Assembly: GCA_904063045.1 (NCBI GenBank)
Contig: CAJFCJ010000009.1
Span: 1,798,968 to 1,862,967, forward strand
Source of the DNA: Dimorphilus gyrociliatus
Taxonomy: Eukaryota > Animalia > Annelida
Length of the DNA: 64,000 bases
Reading direction: 5' to 3'
Position numbers and translations under genes: made by a program. Under the pieces are notes generated by a model, which was not told where the DNA came from, made no database searches, and saw only the letters and a list, made by a program, of their open reading frames with translations. Below are positions 1 to 13,132 of this stretch, piece by piece (the first letter of the stretch is position 1; the number at the start of each line of letters is the position of its first letter).

Positions 1-60
1 AAAAATATGAACGAAATTGGAAAAACGAAAAAAATATTTGAAGAGAAAATAAAATATGAA

Positions 61-3000
61 TTAATCAGCAGTGTTTTCAACACCTTTAAAAAGCGCTTCG
101 GGTAAATGCAAAGGTTCTTCCAGAGAATCGTGTAGCTCCTCGGAACTTAAAATTTTTTTAATTGGTGAAACTGTTGCACCTGTATCGATTTCTTCCTCCT
201 CCTCTTCAGTCTTTTCTCCATCGTCTATATCTTTGAATATAGTTTGAACAAGATTGTCTGACCAATGATTGGCGTCCATATTCGGCAGAATATGAGAACT
301 GGTCTCCCCGTCTTCAACATTCGTCTATTGTTGAATAAATGAAACAGCTATATAACTTAATTGTAAGGCAAAAGAAATGTTTCTAACTTTTGGCACAAAT
401 CTATAATCAATTAGAGTATCCTCGTCCGACACTAGTTGTCCTTCAGAAGACCATATAGTTTTCCTTACATCAAGTGTTGGTTCAAGCCTAAGACGAAAGG
501 AGTGGAAATTATTTATTAATAGATTAAGTAGATTATAATACTTTTGACTAGACCATAGTCCAGCACCAATATACATCGATGAATTTCTATCACTATCTGT
601 TGAGTGATCTCTATTAAATGATCTCAAATCGCTATCTGTCGATATTCTACTGCCGTCAGAAGTGGCCATAGCTTTTGCAGATGGTTTTTTGTAAGGTTTC
701 GCACCGTTCTGTAAAGAGTCGGCAACCACATCATCCAATTGTGACAAAGTATAATCCTGATTGGAATAATCAAACTTTGCAATGTCGTGTTCAATAGAAC
801 AACAACAATCTAGTTCGTTCATCTTTGCTCTCAGTAAAAATTCATTAGGTTCGATAGTTTGTAGCATTTCTCTAAAGTAATCATCTTTATTCTTGCAAAA
901 TTCATGCAAGAGATGAGTAATAATCAAGTCAACGAGAAACATTCGTAAATTCTTATTATTTTTAGATGACTGAAACATGTTTAGCATTCTCAGGAGAATA
1001 CTTTCGCATTCTATATCAGCATCATATCTATAGCTGACCACACACTAAAACAAAATAATTTATTACTTGAATACATTTATCATTGTCTATCTTCAAGTAT
1101 CTTACCAAGACAAGAGTGAATAGAGCATTGTTACTCATTCCATCAGATTCATTATCACACAAAATTGACCACATAGTCTTGACACTCTCTACAAGAATGC
1201 CCTTAGGTTCAAATGACTCACTTCGTAGAGCTTTTAATTTGATATAATGAAAAAAAAATACATTAACATTTTTACTACTCCAACAAAAACGTATTGTATT
1301 TGGTTTCTTATATTTTACCTTCAAAAGCAGTTTCAATCCTATAGCCGCATGATCTAGAAAGAGTTAGTTCCTTCATTTTGCAAATTTTTACAAAGATATT
1401 CATCCATTGTTGACTAACTTGAAAGTATCTAATTTTAGAAAATAAAAACACAACAGCATTAAATAAAAAATAATGCAACCTGTATTCTAATAATAAATCT
1501 AACTGGCTAAATTCATTACCTTTCAATAATTTCATATAAGTATTTCGCTAATTTTTCTTGTTCATGTTTATCATTGGAAGAAGAATCTGTAATTCTTTTT
1601 AATATTTGATAGCAAACGGCAGTGGCATTAGATATGTTTGTAATTAAGAAAAGAATTTCGAACGCCTATTTATAGAAGTATTAAAGTAGAAATGTTGGAA
1701 ATATAAAATTCAAAACTTACTTTTGATCGTATAGAATTATCCTGAATAGTTAAACAGTTAAATAATAAATTCTGGTGTTCAATGCACGACTTTGAATCTA
1801 TTTCAGTCAATTTCAATAAGATATTTAAACCTGAAAATTAAGGAACTTGTTAATATTTTATATAAGAAAATATTTTTTTTTCGTACCAGTTAATAGATTA
1901 TTCGGAAATTGAGATGATAATAACTTCGCGGTGCATTTTTTAATATGGTCAATTAAAAATGGTTGCTCTTTCATTTTAAGAACGCAAATAACGCATTCAT
2001 ATAGTATTGCTGTTAATTTTTTTAAAGAAAAAATAAATATCATTATTATAATATCAGTTTTCAATCTGAATGGAAATATCTAGTTGTTTTCATTTACCTA
2101 ATCCAATATTTTCCGACATATTAATTCGTTGAATTATAATAGTAATAACAGGATAAATAGCAGTACTAGCTCTATATAGAGTAAAAACACTATAGACACC
2201 TTGATTTTTCAATGAAATGTTAAAAAAAATTAATACAAACTCAGGTATATTTTCAAGCACAATGCTAAATAAAGATACTGTATCCAAAAGGAACCAAGGA
2301 GCAATCATTGTACAGTAATGAAATTCTTTCGATAGTTTACCATTGAGAATTTGTTCTACAAAAAATGTTATAGCTGGAATTATATCTTTCAATCCAGTAG
2401 AGTTTTGCTGTATTAAGCATAAAGAATTAATTATTACTATCTGACGGATTATATATAATGCTATTACTTTTGCAACAGAAATTAATAATTGAATAGCAGC
2501 ACCAACGACTTGTGGATCTTTATCCCCAAGTAAAGAAATAAACTTATGATTCAAATGAGATACCAACTCTTGATCAATTTTAAGTATGTGATGAAATGCA
2601 TAAACGGCCTTCCTCCTTAAGCCCGGACTATAATTTAAAAAATTCCTTTTTATTATTAATTTCATATAAAATAATTAAATACTAGATATAAATGGATAAC
2701 TTACCTTGGATGAGAAAGTTTATCCAATAGAATTGGAACGAATAAAGGCATAATATCCGTAGGAATTAGCTGAGTCACAGCTATTAATGCGTAATGATTC
2801 TCTGCCATATTAGTACTTTTTAAATCCTTAAAAAAAAGGAGAGTACTTTTTAATTAACTTTCATTTTCTAAATTATAATTTACCTTTTGAACAGTATTTA
2901 CTAGCATATTAATATGTCGGCTCTTAGAGTTCATAAGTATTCCGCAGACTGTATAACCTATTCTCTTCGACAGGAGAGAAGGTTTACCAACCATATTGAT

Positions 3001-3434
3001 AGCTGGTAAAATAGCATGATCCACATTAAACCCATAGAGGAAACAAATACAAGCTCGAGAGATTACTTCTCTTATGGTATGCTGTAGAAAATTAAATTGT
3101 AAATCTAGCTAAGACCTTATCGATATAGTAATAAGTTATGTTTAAGAATTTTCACTATTAGAGCACAGCCTACCTCACTCGTATCTGTTCTTATGAGCAA
3201 TTCTTTTTGTTTCTCAATTTCAGCAGTAATTATATCGCTTTCTTCCTAAAATAGCAAAAGAAATGTTACAGTTTGCATTGCGCAACGTTATGCTTTAATT
3301 AAACTTACGTAAGGCGATTGAGCTCTCTGTAGAGAAGAAACGAAATTCTGATGAAATTTAGATGTTTCTGTAGTACTAGTTCCAAAGAGGACAGAATTTA
3401 AAGATGATATCGTTCGTTCCAAAACTTCAGACAT
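61..3434 (-). CDS. AP4E1: AP-4 complex subunit epsilon (multi-exon; may continue past the left edge)
   Basis: Exon 1 reads MSEVLERTISSL, like AP4E1 MSDIVEKT. Internal exons give adaptin trunk motifs (LRRKAVYAFHH, LLGDKDPQVVGAA, GKLSKEFHYCTMIAPWF), the AP4E-typical LSQLDDVVADSLQNGAKPYK, and EALFKG near the end. Confidence 0.9.
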
Positions 3435-3697
3435 GATTCGATTAATTTCCTTCCCAATCAGTCAATTACTTGTTTAACTTGGGAAGTGACTTGAGTTAAT
3501 GAAGTACTTTCCCAAGCAGTTGCTCAACTCAACGACCAAAAGAGAATCTACTCAAAATACTCAGCTAATGTTTACCAGTTTTCCCTAAATATTTCACTGA
3601 CGCCATTTTCATCTAAAATACTAATGGAAAATGAATATATTTAATCGTAACCTATCATAGGAATCATATATTTTGAGTCTTTTTACTATTAAGGAGC

Positions 3698-5820
3698 ATG
3701 AAGATGAAATATTCAATTAGTTTATGCTTTATGCTCGTGATATTGTCTGCTTGCAGAGCTGATGAACACAATCATATAGTAAGATAAGATTTTGTTGTCA
3801 AACTATTACTAAAAGATAAAATTTTTAGTATGAAGATTCTGAAGAAATCGTATTATGGATGAATACTGTAGGACCCTATCACAATAGACAAGAAACATAT
3901 GAATACTTCTCATTACCGTTTTGCTTGGGACCCAAATCAACGATAAATCATTATCACGAAACATTGGGAGAGGCCTTACAGGGCGTAGAGCTAGAGTTTA
4001 GTGGGATAGATATAGATTTTAAAGGTATTTACAATTTTTTATCGTAAGCAGAGTGTAATTTATACTTCAGAGAAATAAACCTATTGCCTGTTGTACATTT
4101 CAACGCCCTTCTGAGTGCAAATTGTTAATATTTGTACTGTAAAAAAAGGGTTGAGTTATATTAGTTGATACTGTTGTTAGTAAATAAGTATGATTATGTC
4201 TAAGTTTTCGGTATTTCTTATAAAACAGCCAATATGGAGAAGAAAATGTACTGTGAAGTGCTGTTAAATGAAGAAAAGAATAGAATGTTTACGTACGGTG
4301 TTAAAAATCATTATTGGTACCAGATGTATTTAGACGATTTACCAATTTGGGGCATAGTTGGAGAAATTGATGAGAATGGCGATGGATATTATATATGGAC
4401 ACATAAAAAATTTGATATAGGTTACAATGGAAAACAAATCGTTGATGTTAATTTAACATCAGAGTCTAAAACTAAATTATCACCCGGTGTAAAACTAACC
4501 TTTACTTATGAAGTTACATGGCATCAGTCTGATGTCAAGTTTCGTGATCGTTTCGACAAATACTTGGATCCAAATTTTTTTCAACATAGAATACATTGGT
4601 TCTCAATTTTCAACTCATTTATGATGGTTATCTTCTTGGTTGGTTTGGTAAGCATGATTTTGATGAGAACTCTTCGAAAAGATTATGCTAGATATAGTAA
4701 GGATGATGATCTTGACGAGATGGAGAGAGATTTAGGGGATGAGTATGGTTGGAAGCAAGTTCATGGTGATGTATTTCGCCCAGCTTCCCGTTCTATGTTT
4801 TTCTCAGCAATGATCGGGTCTGGTTATCAAGTTACCGTTGTAGTCTTTTGTGTAATAATTTTTGCTATCGTTGGTGAACTATATACTGAACGAGGATCCC
4901 TACTAAGCACAGCAATATTTGTTTATGCTGCAACTGCTCCCATAAATGGTTATTTCGGTGGTTCTCTATATGCTCGTATGGGTGGAAAAGTTTGGATTCG
5001 CCAAATGGTATTCGGAGCGTTTTTGCTTCCCGCTGTAATTTGTGGAGTTGCTTTCTTTATAAACTTTATAGCTATCTATTATCATGCCTCTCGAGCAATT
5101 CCTTTTGGTACTATGGTTGCTGTCGCATGTATTTGCCTCTTTGTCATATTGCCATTAAATTTAGTTGGCACTGTTTTGGGACGAAATATGGCAGGGCAGC
5201 CTAATTATCCTTGTCGGGTAAATGCAGTTCCTCGACCTATACCTGAAAAGAAATGGTTTATGGAACCCTCTATTATTGTCCTTCTTGGAGGAATTCTACC
5301 TTTTGGATCCATCTTCATAGAAATGTACTTTATATTTACATCATTTTGGGCTTATAAGATATACTATGTTTATGGCTTCATGCTTCTAGTGTTTATTATT
5401 TTATCAATTGTTACTGTTTGCGTGACAATCGTCTGTACCTACTTCTTACTGAACGCTGAGGATTATCGTTGGCAATGGACATCATTTTTGTCAGGTGGAT
5501 CAACATCTCTATACGTATATTTCTACTCCATTTATTACTTTTTTTTCAAAACAAAGTAAGTTATTGTATTCTCATCATCAATTATGTTTTATTACTATTT
5601 TCTTTTACAGAATGTACGGCCTGTTTCAAACTTCGTTCTATTTTGGGTATATGGCTTTATTCAGTTTTGCTTTAGGGATCATGTGTGGTAAGTCGAGAGC
5701 AAATAAATTTTCAGCGTAACCAAATCTATTTCTAATTTATTATCGTATTCAGGAACTATGGGATATATTGGAACAAATATGTTTGTTAGAAAGATCTACT
5801 CGACTGTTAAAATTGATTAA
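3698..5820 (+). CDS. TM9SF3: Transmembrane 9 superfamily member 3
   Basis: Signal peptide, then ADEHNHI|[63 protein letters not shown], and C-terminal [10 protein letters not shown]. Introns are GT-AG. Confidence 0.97.
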
Positions 5821-6356
5821 ACTGCATTCCCTTTTCTCGAGCTGTGATACGAAAATAGAAAACTTTTCTTTAGCCAATTAACAATATAAAAAGAAAATTA
5901 AATGATATTTAATTATGTTCAAAACCTTCGAAGATATGCATACGTATTAAAAAGGGATAGAGGTTTCTCAAAAAATGGAAAATACTTTGAGTAAAAAATA
6001 TAAAATTTAATACAAAAAAAAAAAATAACTTAATCAGTTGATTTACAAGGAATTGAAAGTGTAAATAAAACAACATATTTTATGCCTAATAGAATATTAT
6101 TTCTCATTGAAAACTTGTTACTTGCGTTCTAAATAATTGAATTTCAACAAATCTTCATTATGCCTTTCATATTGCTCAAAAAATTCTAATTACAACTGTT
6201 TTATAAGGAAATAAAATATTCAAATTAATTGAGCTTTAACATTTTGGCTTGTATTGATGAACAATTTTTCTCTATTTACATATATAAATATATATATGTA
6301 TATATATATAAATATCATATATAGATATATATGTAATTATTCTTGTCAATAAAAAT

Positions 6357-6980
6357 CTATTCTAATTCACCGCAATTTTCAATGACAACTTTCTTTGAAG
6401 TAACACCAGATTGTGAACCAACTTGCTCAACAGCTTTAATAACGTTTATACCCTCAACAACTTCACCAAAAACAACATGTTTACCGTCCAACCAACCAGT
6501 TTTAGTCGTACAGATGAAAAATTGTGAACCATTTGTATTTGGTCCGGAATTGGCCATGGATAAAATACCACTTTTATCGTGCTTTAGCTTAAAATTCTCG
6601 TCATCGAACTTTGTTCCATAAATCTAAACAAAATTTAACCATATATTTCATTATATGAAATAGTTGACAATAAATGTGCATACTCACCGATTTTCCTCCA
6701 GTGCCATTGTGGTTGGTAAAGTCGCCACCCTGGCACATAAATTGAGGGATTACACGATGAAAAGAGCTTCCTTTATAACCGAATCCATGTTCTCCTGTGC
6801 ATAATGCTCTAAAATTTTCAGATGTTTTAGGCACAACATCGGCACGTAACTGTTTTTAATAAGCCGGTTATATAAAAATCACGTGGTTTAAATAAAAAAC
6901 AATGCATTTACCTCCATAACGACTCGTCCAGCATTGTTACCACCAATACTGATATCGAAAAAACACTTTGGATTCGGCAT
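6357..6980 (-). CDS. Cyclophilin peptidyl-prolyl isomerase (PPIA/PPIF type), 3 exons
   Basis: [82 protein letters not shown]. Confidence 0.97.
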
Positions 6981-7219
6981 ATCTGAGAAATATCTCCGAT
7001 ATGCCGTAAATGCTGGTCTAATTAAACGATTAATTTTGAAAGTTTTACAAAGCTTTCAACCTTCAAGATTCGGTTGAAATACGCATGCGCTAGGTTTTCA
7101 CTAAATACCGGATATAAATAAACTAACTGAAGAAGAAAAGACAGTTCACAAACTAATGTTCAATTTTTTAAAAAAAGCTTTTATTGAAGTATTATTAAAT
7201 AAACTAAATATATTTTATC

Positions 7220-9114
7220 TTAGTTTAGTTTTTTTTCGTTTTTATTGCCATTTTTATAATATTCCATTGTTGCTGTAGCTCCCAATACCAACAAACAAGT
7301 TGCTGGAACACAATAATACGTATCTCTAAATACAAAAAACAAAATAAAGTTATAAGTATTAAAAGCTAAATAATGAAAAACATGCCTAAATATTTGAAAA
7401 CTTTTTTGCGCTTCTAATAGGATAAAAGGACAAATTGCGTATGTGGAAATTGACTTTGTTACAAGAAAGCTAAAGATATCGTATGATGTTCTTCTAATAA
7501 GGTTCTTCTGGAAAAAAGGTCTAATGTTTCTTCGAACTTTTCTTCCAGTTGTTGTTAACAATGCTCCGCAAGTAAACGATATATAATATCCAGGATAAAA
7601 ACCATGCCAGAAAGCGCTGACTAAATAGACTGAAATAGTTTTGAAGCGTGTTTGTACCCTTTCGTAAACGGTGAAACGAAGCCATTGAATAGTTTTAACA
7701 TTCCAGCTGTCTAGTAGTACTTTAAAATTTAGTGCTGTCTATTAGATAGCAAAGGGTGAAAAGTTGTTTAAAAAAATTTAACAGTCCTACTTCAAACTTT
7801 AAAATAGGCATATTATCAATACCACTCCAATCTTCTTGACCATTATTATTATAACCTACAAATCCTAGACCGGCAGCAATATTTGCAGTTTCAGCTAAAG
7901 AGAGAAAGAGACATGGAAAGATATAGAAATTTACAATGATATTGAAAGTCTACTCTTGTTCATATATTACCTAATTTCCATCCAACATAGTATTTCATTC
8001 TATTAGAGGTTGTAAACAAATACAACATTGACCATTTTTGTAGGAAAGACAACTCAGAAAATGTTTCTCCAACAACTAAAGAAGAGCTTTGATATGGTGA
8101 TAGTATGTGATAGAAAACAACAACAGATAATGAAGAAACTATTTTCTTAAATAAGACTTTCTGTGTTTTTTTTAAAGATAAAATATTCCATTATTTTAAA
8201 GAATATAATGATAAAAAAGAACGAAACATTAGGATTAGGTTCGGGTATTAATTCCTTTCCTTCGCTGTCGAACAAATCTTTACCAGTTATAAAATTTTCA
8301 TATTCATTAAAGAAGACAAAAGGACCGCAAAGTATTGAATGAAAAGAGAAAATATAGCTTGTTAACTGAAATATTGATGGTAATTCCCTATATAACACAC
8401 TTTGCATTAGCATCATGAATATAATTCTGTAATATTGCACAGAAGAAGAAAAATCCTCACCGAATAGTTGTTATCTTATTATTCTTTTGATTTAACTTTC
8501 TCTTACCATCAGATAAACCATAGCTTAAACTTGTTAGTTTTTGAACGCAAATCATTAACGGGCTAGAAAATTGTCATTAACAAATCATTCTATTTAGTAT
8601 AAATAAGGCAGTACTAAAGAATTTAAGTTTTCTTTACCCAGATATATCCATACAGTAGTTCCCATAATTAAATTTTTGCCTATATACGTGACAAAGGGAT
8701 AGATGCCCCATACACCATATAAATACTAATTTCTCTGAAATTCCCTCCCTTGTATACTTCATGATACCATAACTTACTAGCATCTGTAAAACAAGATGAG
8801 AAATTTGCTTCCCAAAACAATAGTATAAAAGTCCAGCACCCATTACGATCTGCAAAGTATGTCTTTTCCTGTAGCTAGATTTTTTTGGATGTAAAAGCTT
8901 TCGATAGAAGATTGCTACCCCAACGGCACATATTTGACAAGCAACGTAATTCATCTTAAGCAGAGTAACAATTACATAATCATACCATATCTATAGTAAT
9001 ATGGAAGTTTTAACTTACTTTATCAATGCCCAATCCCAGTGAATCGGCTACTGGTTGTAATAAATTACTACCGTCATAAGTCTTTAATGAAAGAAGAGAA
9101 TCAATTGAGTCCAT
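7220..9114 (-). CDS. MBOAT1/2-type lysophospholipid acyltransferase, copy 1
   Basis: MDSIDSLLSLKTYDGSNLLQPVADSLGLGIDK|MNYVACQ; MBOAT motifs DSWNVKTIQWLRFTVYER and VSAFWHGFYPGYY; C-terminal KKLN dilysine signal. Confidence 0.9.
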
Positions 9115-9550
9115 ATTATATATATAAATTTATATCTAGTTATTTTAATGCTTTATTGTTATTATTTAAATTATTTCTTTCCGCCAATTCAAAACTTATT
9201 TTGAATTGTAGAGACGCAACTAGACAACTTAGAAGGAAAATAAGGAGAACAAAGAAAAAAAAGGAAAAAAAGAGAGAATAGGAGGAGCTGAACACATTAT
9301 ATTGCCTTTTGTTGAAACTCATTTGAACGTTTTCAACAGTATTGAAATAGTGTATTAGTAAAGCAATATTTACAATATTTATATAGGCTTTCCCTGTAAA
9401 TTTATATTCTAAATGAATTTTTGCAAGCAATCAGAATAGTTAGGTATTATTTTATTTTTTATTAATTAAAGCAAGCCAGCTTATAAGCATAGCCAGCTAA
9501 TTTTATAGAAGGGAGTAATCGTCATAGAGATCTCATAATAAGGATTAATC

Positions 9551-11444
9551 ATGGAAGACTCTTTCAATTCGTTTACAACTGTTTTTAAAATAGAGAGTTA
9601 CGATGGATCCACTCTACTTCAACCAATCGCCCAACTTATAGAATTTGGCCTTGATAAGGTATTAGATATTGATTTATTACTTTTCAGACTTATTCTAAAA
9701 GATCTTGCCTTTCTTGAACAGGTCAATTTTTTTGCATGCCAATTATTGAGTATTGTCATAGCTTATCTTTTTCGTATATTCTGTCATCCAAAGCAATTTA
9801 GTATAAGAAACCGTCACATAGTTCAGCTCTTTGTCGGTGTTTCTTTATTATACTTTTGTTTTGGCAAACAAATCTCTCATGTATGGTTGCAACTTATAAT
9901 TAGTTATGGATTATTGAGATATATAAAAACTGGATTATCGGAAAAAATTGTTTTAGTATGGTGTATGGGACATTTATCATTTTGTCATTACCTTCGGGCT
10001 CATTATACAGATGGAAACTATAATATTGATATTTCTGCGTAAGTAACCCATATTTAATGATTTATTTTATATTAAACTTTTTGCTTAGGCCACTTATGAT
10101 ATGCGTCCAAAGACTAACAAGTTTAGCTATGAATATTAGCGATGGTAAACGAAATGACCAAGGGAATGACGTTAAAAAGTTATCTCATAAGAAAGATATT
10201 ATAATCAAGTAGGCCTATTAAATTATTAAAATATTATTTAATAAGATAAATATTACTCTTTTAGAGAAGTACCAACATTTCTAGAAGTTGCCAGTTACGT
10301 ATTCTCTTTCCATACTCTTTTATCCGGTCCTCTAATATTCTATAAAGATTACGACAATTTCATCACTGGAAGGAATCTATGCGACAAAAATGGATCTAAA
10401 CTTAAACCCGAACCTAATCCAAATGTAAAGATACAATGTTTATTTAATAAGACAAAAGATATTTATATAAATTGTTTAAAAATATCTTTAGAAAATCATC
10501 ATAAAAAAGATATTAACTTCTCTAGTGATTGTCATATTATTCATTACCTTCTCACCTTTTCAAAATGCTAATTACGTATCGGACTCTAACTTCTACAATC
10601 AGTATTTATTTAAAAAATGGTTTATGTTATATTTATTTCATTGGTCAAATTTAATGAAATATGAATTAACCTGGAAGTTGGGTAAATGATTTTCTTTATT
10701 ATTAAATATTAAAATATTCACTAATAGTGATTTTCTTCTTTAAAAAGCCGAATCGGCTAACGTAGCCGCTGGTTTAGGATTTCAAGGGTATAAGGAAAAT
10801 GGTGAAGAAGATTGGAATGGTGCTGACAATTTATCTTTCTGGGAGTTTGAGGTAGTAATTAATATTTATAGAATTTAATTAATACTGTATTAATTATTAT
10901 AATTTTAGATTTCTAGCTCCATTAACAGATGCGTTGCTACCTGGAATATAACAACAAACGTTTGGCTAAAGTATGTTGTTTATGAGAGAGTTCCTTTCTT
11001 TCAGAAATGGGCAGTGTTTGGCTTTAGTGCAATATGGCATGGATTTCAAGTTGGCTATTACGTTTGCGCCATTAGTTGCATGATTTTACGTTCAATTGAA
11101 CGTAGAATTAGGAAAAATTTCATTCCTTTAATGGAAAAATTTCCCGGGTCATTACAGATTTTCTTTCGTATCATTGGTCTTGTTGCTTTTAAATTAGGTT
11201 GTGCTTTTTGTGGAATGCCATTCCAATTTTTAGATATGGAGTTATATTTAAAAACAATGAAGTATGTACAATTAATGATCCCTTTATTTTACGTACTAAA
11301 TTAAAATATAATATCTCTTCCCTTTTCTGCAGGAGTATCTATTATTCTCCAATATTTATGACAATCTTTGGAGTATTATTAATCTGCTTGTTGAAATATC
11401 TGAATAAAGAAACATCGCTTCAAAGAAGTAAAAAGAACAAATAA
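9551..11444 (+). CDS. MBOAT1/2-type lysophospholipid acyltransferase, copy 2 (diverged)
   Basis: YDGSTLLQPIAQLIEFGLDK|VNFFACQ parallels copy 1; motifs TWNITTNVWLKYVVYER and FSAIWHGFQVGYY; ends SKKNK. Confidence 0.88.
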
Positions 11445-11752
11445 GAACTGGTTTTTTTTGGAGTTTTTTTATATTTTTAATTAATTTTTGAATAGCTAAA
11501 GTTTTCTTGTGTTTTATATCAAAAATATTTTAATTATTGCTTTTGCTTTTGTTTAAAAAAAGTAAATAATAGTAATAGAAAATGGCAAAATAGTACTTGA
11601 CGTAAAAGCTTACCAGTTTATAAACCATAGCAAAAAAATTGATCAAGTAAGCATAAACAGGTCTGGGCAGACTCTATGATTCGTTGAGTAATCTGCGGAT
11701 AAAGTATAAATATAATCGCTTAAAACAAGTACAAAGTGTCATTCGGTTAAAG

Positions 11753-13037
11753 ATGAGCAAGCGCAAAGCACCAACAAATGACAATCCAAACAAAGATATC
11801 ATTGATTTTTTGATGGGTAAATAAATATGAATGAAATTATTATTTGCTGTAAAAGAATGATTAATTAAAATCTAAAATCCATAGAATTAGGTGAATACGA
11901 AAAAAATGTCTCTAGGATGATGCATAAATATAAAGCTTATAGAAAAGCTGCATCGAGTATAGCAAAACATCCAACAAGGTTATCATCCGGAAAAGAAGCT
12001 CAAACTTTGGTTGGTGAAAAGAAAAATTAATATGAATATTCATAATTTTGATTATAAAATACAGGAAAATGTTGGTAAAAAAATTGGTAAGAAAGTTGAC
12101 GAATTCCTAGCGACTGGACAACTGCAAAAATTAGAAAAGATTAGAAAAGATGATACATCACAATCAATTAACGCATTGGCAAGTGTTACTGGTATTGGTC
12201 CTGCTGCCGCCCAAAAATTTTTTAAAGACGGAATAACATCAATTGAAGAATTAAGAAAAAATACAGATAAATTAAATAAACAACAGAAAATAGGATTAAA
12301 GTAATAACAAAATATATACTGCAATGTTTTATTAGATTTCTCTTATATACTTTTGGCTATTTTTACCATTGTAGATATTATGAAGATTTTAAGAAACGAA
12401 TCCCTAGAAAAGAGATGATCGAATTACAAGATATTTCATTTAAAGTAATACATAAAATTGATAAAGAGTATGAAGCACGTGTTTGCGGTAGCTTTAGAAG
12501 GGGTGCAAGCTCTAGTGGAGATATTGATATCTTACTTACACATCCAGAATTTACTTCGACATCTGGTAAGAAATCTCATCTTTTGAAAGCCGTTGTTACT
12601 CAATTGGAAAAAGCAAAATTTATAACAGACACCTTATCAATGGGAGATAGTAAATTTATGGTAATTAAGACTATGAATATTAATCATATGATAGATTGTA
12701 TAAAAAATACATATATGTTTATTTTCTCTGATAGGGCGTTTGCAGAATCCAAGATAAAAAGGATGAAACTGGTGAAGACTACCCCTTCAGACGAATAGAT
12801 ATTCGTCTAATTCCTCATGACCAATATTATTGCGCACTATTATATTTTACTGGAAGTGATGTGTTCAATACAAATATGAGATTACATGCAATTGAAAATG
12901 GTTTTACATTAAACGAGTATTGCATCAGACCAATGGGATCAACGAATGTCCCTGGAGAAGCTTTACCTGTAAGATCTGAAGAGGATATCTTTGATTACTT
13001 AGATATGAAATATACAAAACCAGAAGATAGAATATAA
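11753..13037 (+). CDS. POLB: DNA polymerase beta
   Basis: MSKRKAP start, [11 protein letters not shown] lyase region, [11 protein letters not shown] Hh[20 protein letters not shown] catalytic motif, [24 protein letters not shown]. Confidence 0.96.
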
Positions 13038-13132
13038 TTTAAAAATGGACAATTTTCAATATTCTTTTATATAATATACTCATCTTATTCATTATAATTG
13101 TACATACTGTATATTAATTGAATTCTTTTATT

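Noticed and set aside
1-90. AP4E1 apparently ending at 61 without its appendage domain
   Set aside because: Bases 1-60 are pyrimidine-rich on the minus strand, like an intron 3' end, and a possible AAAG|GT donor precedes the stop. The gene may splice onward outside the window.
4025-4228. Longer-than-average TM9SF3 intron as a snoRNA host
   Set aside because: Only a short GTTG/CAAC stem; no convincing C/D or H/ACA box arrangement.
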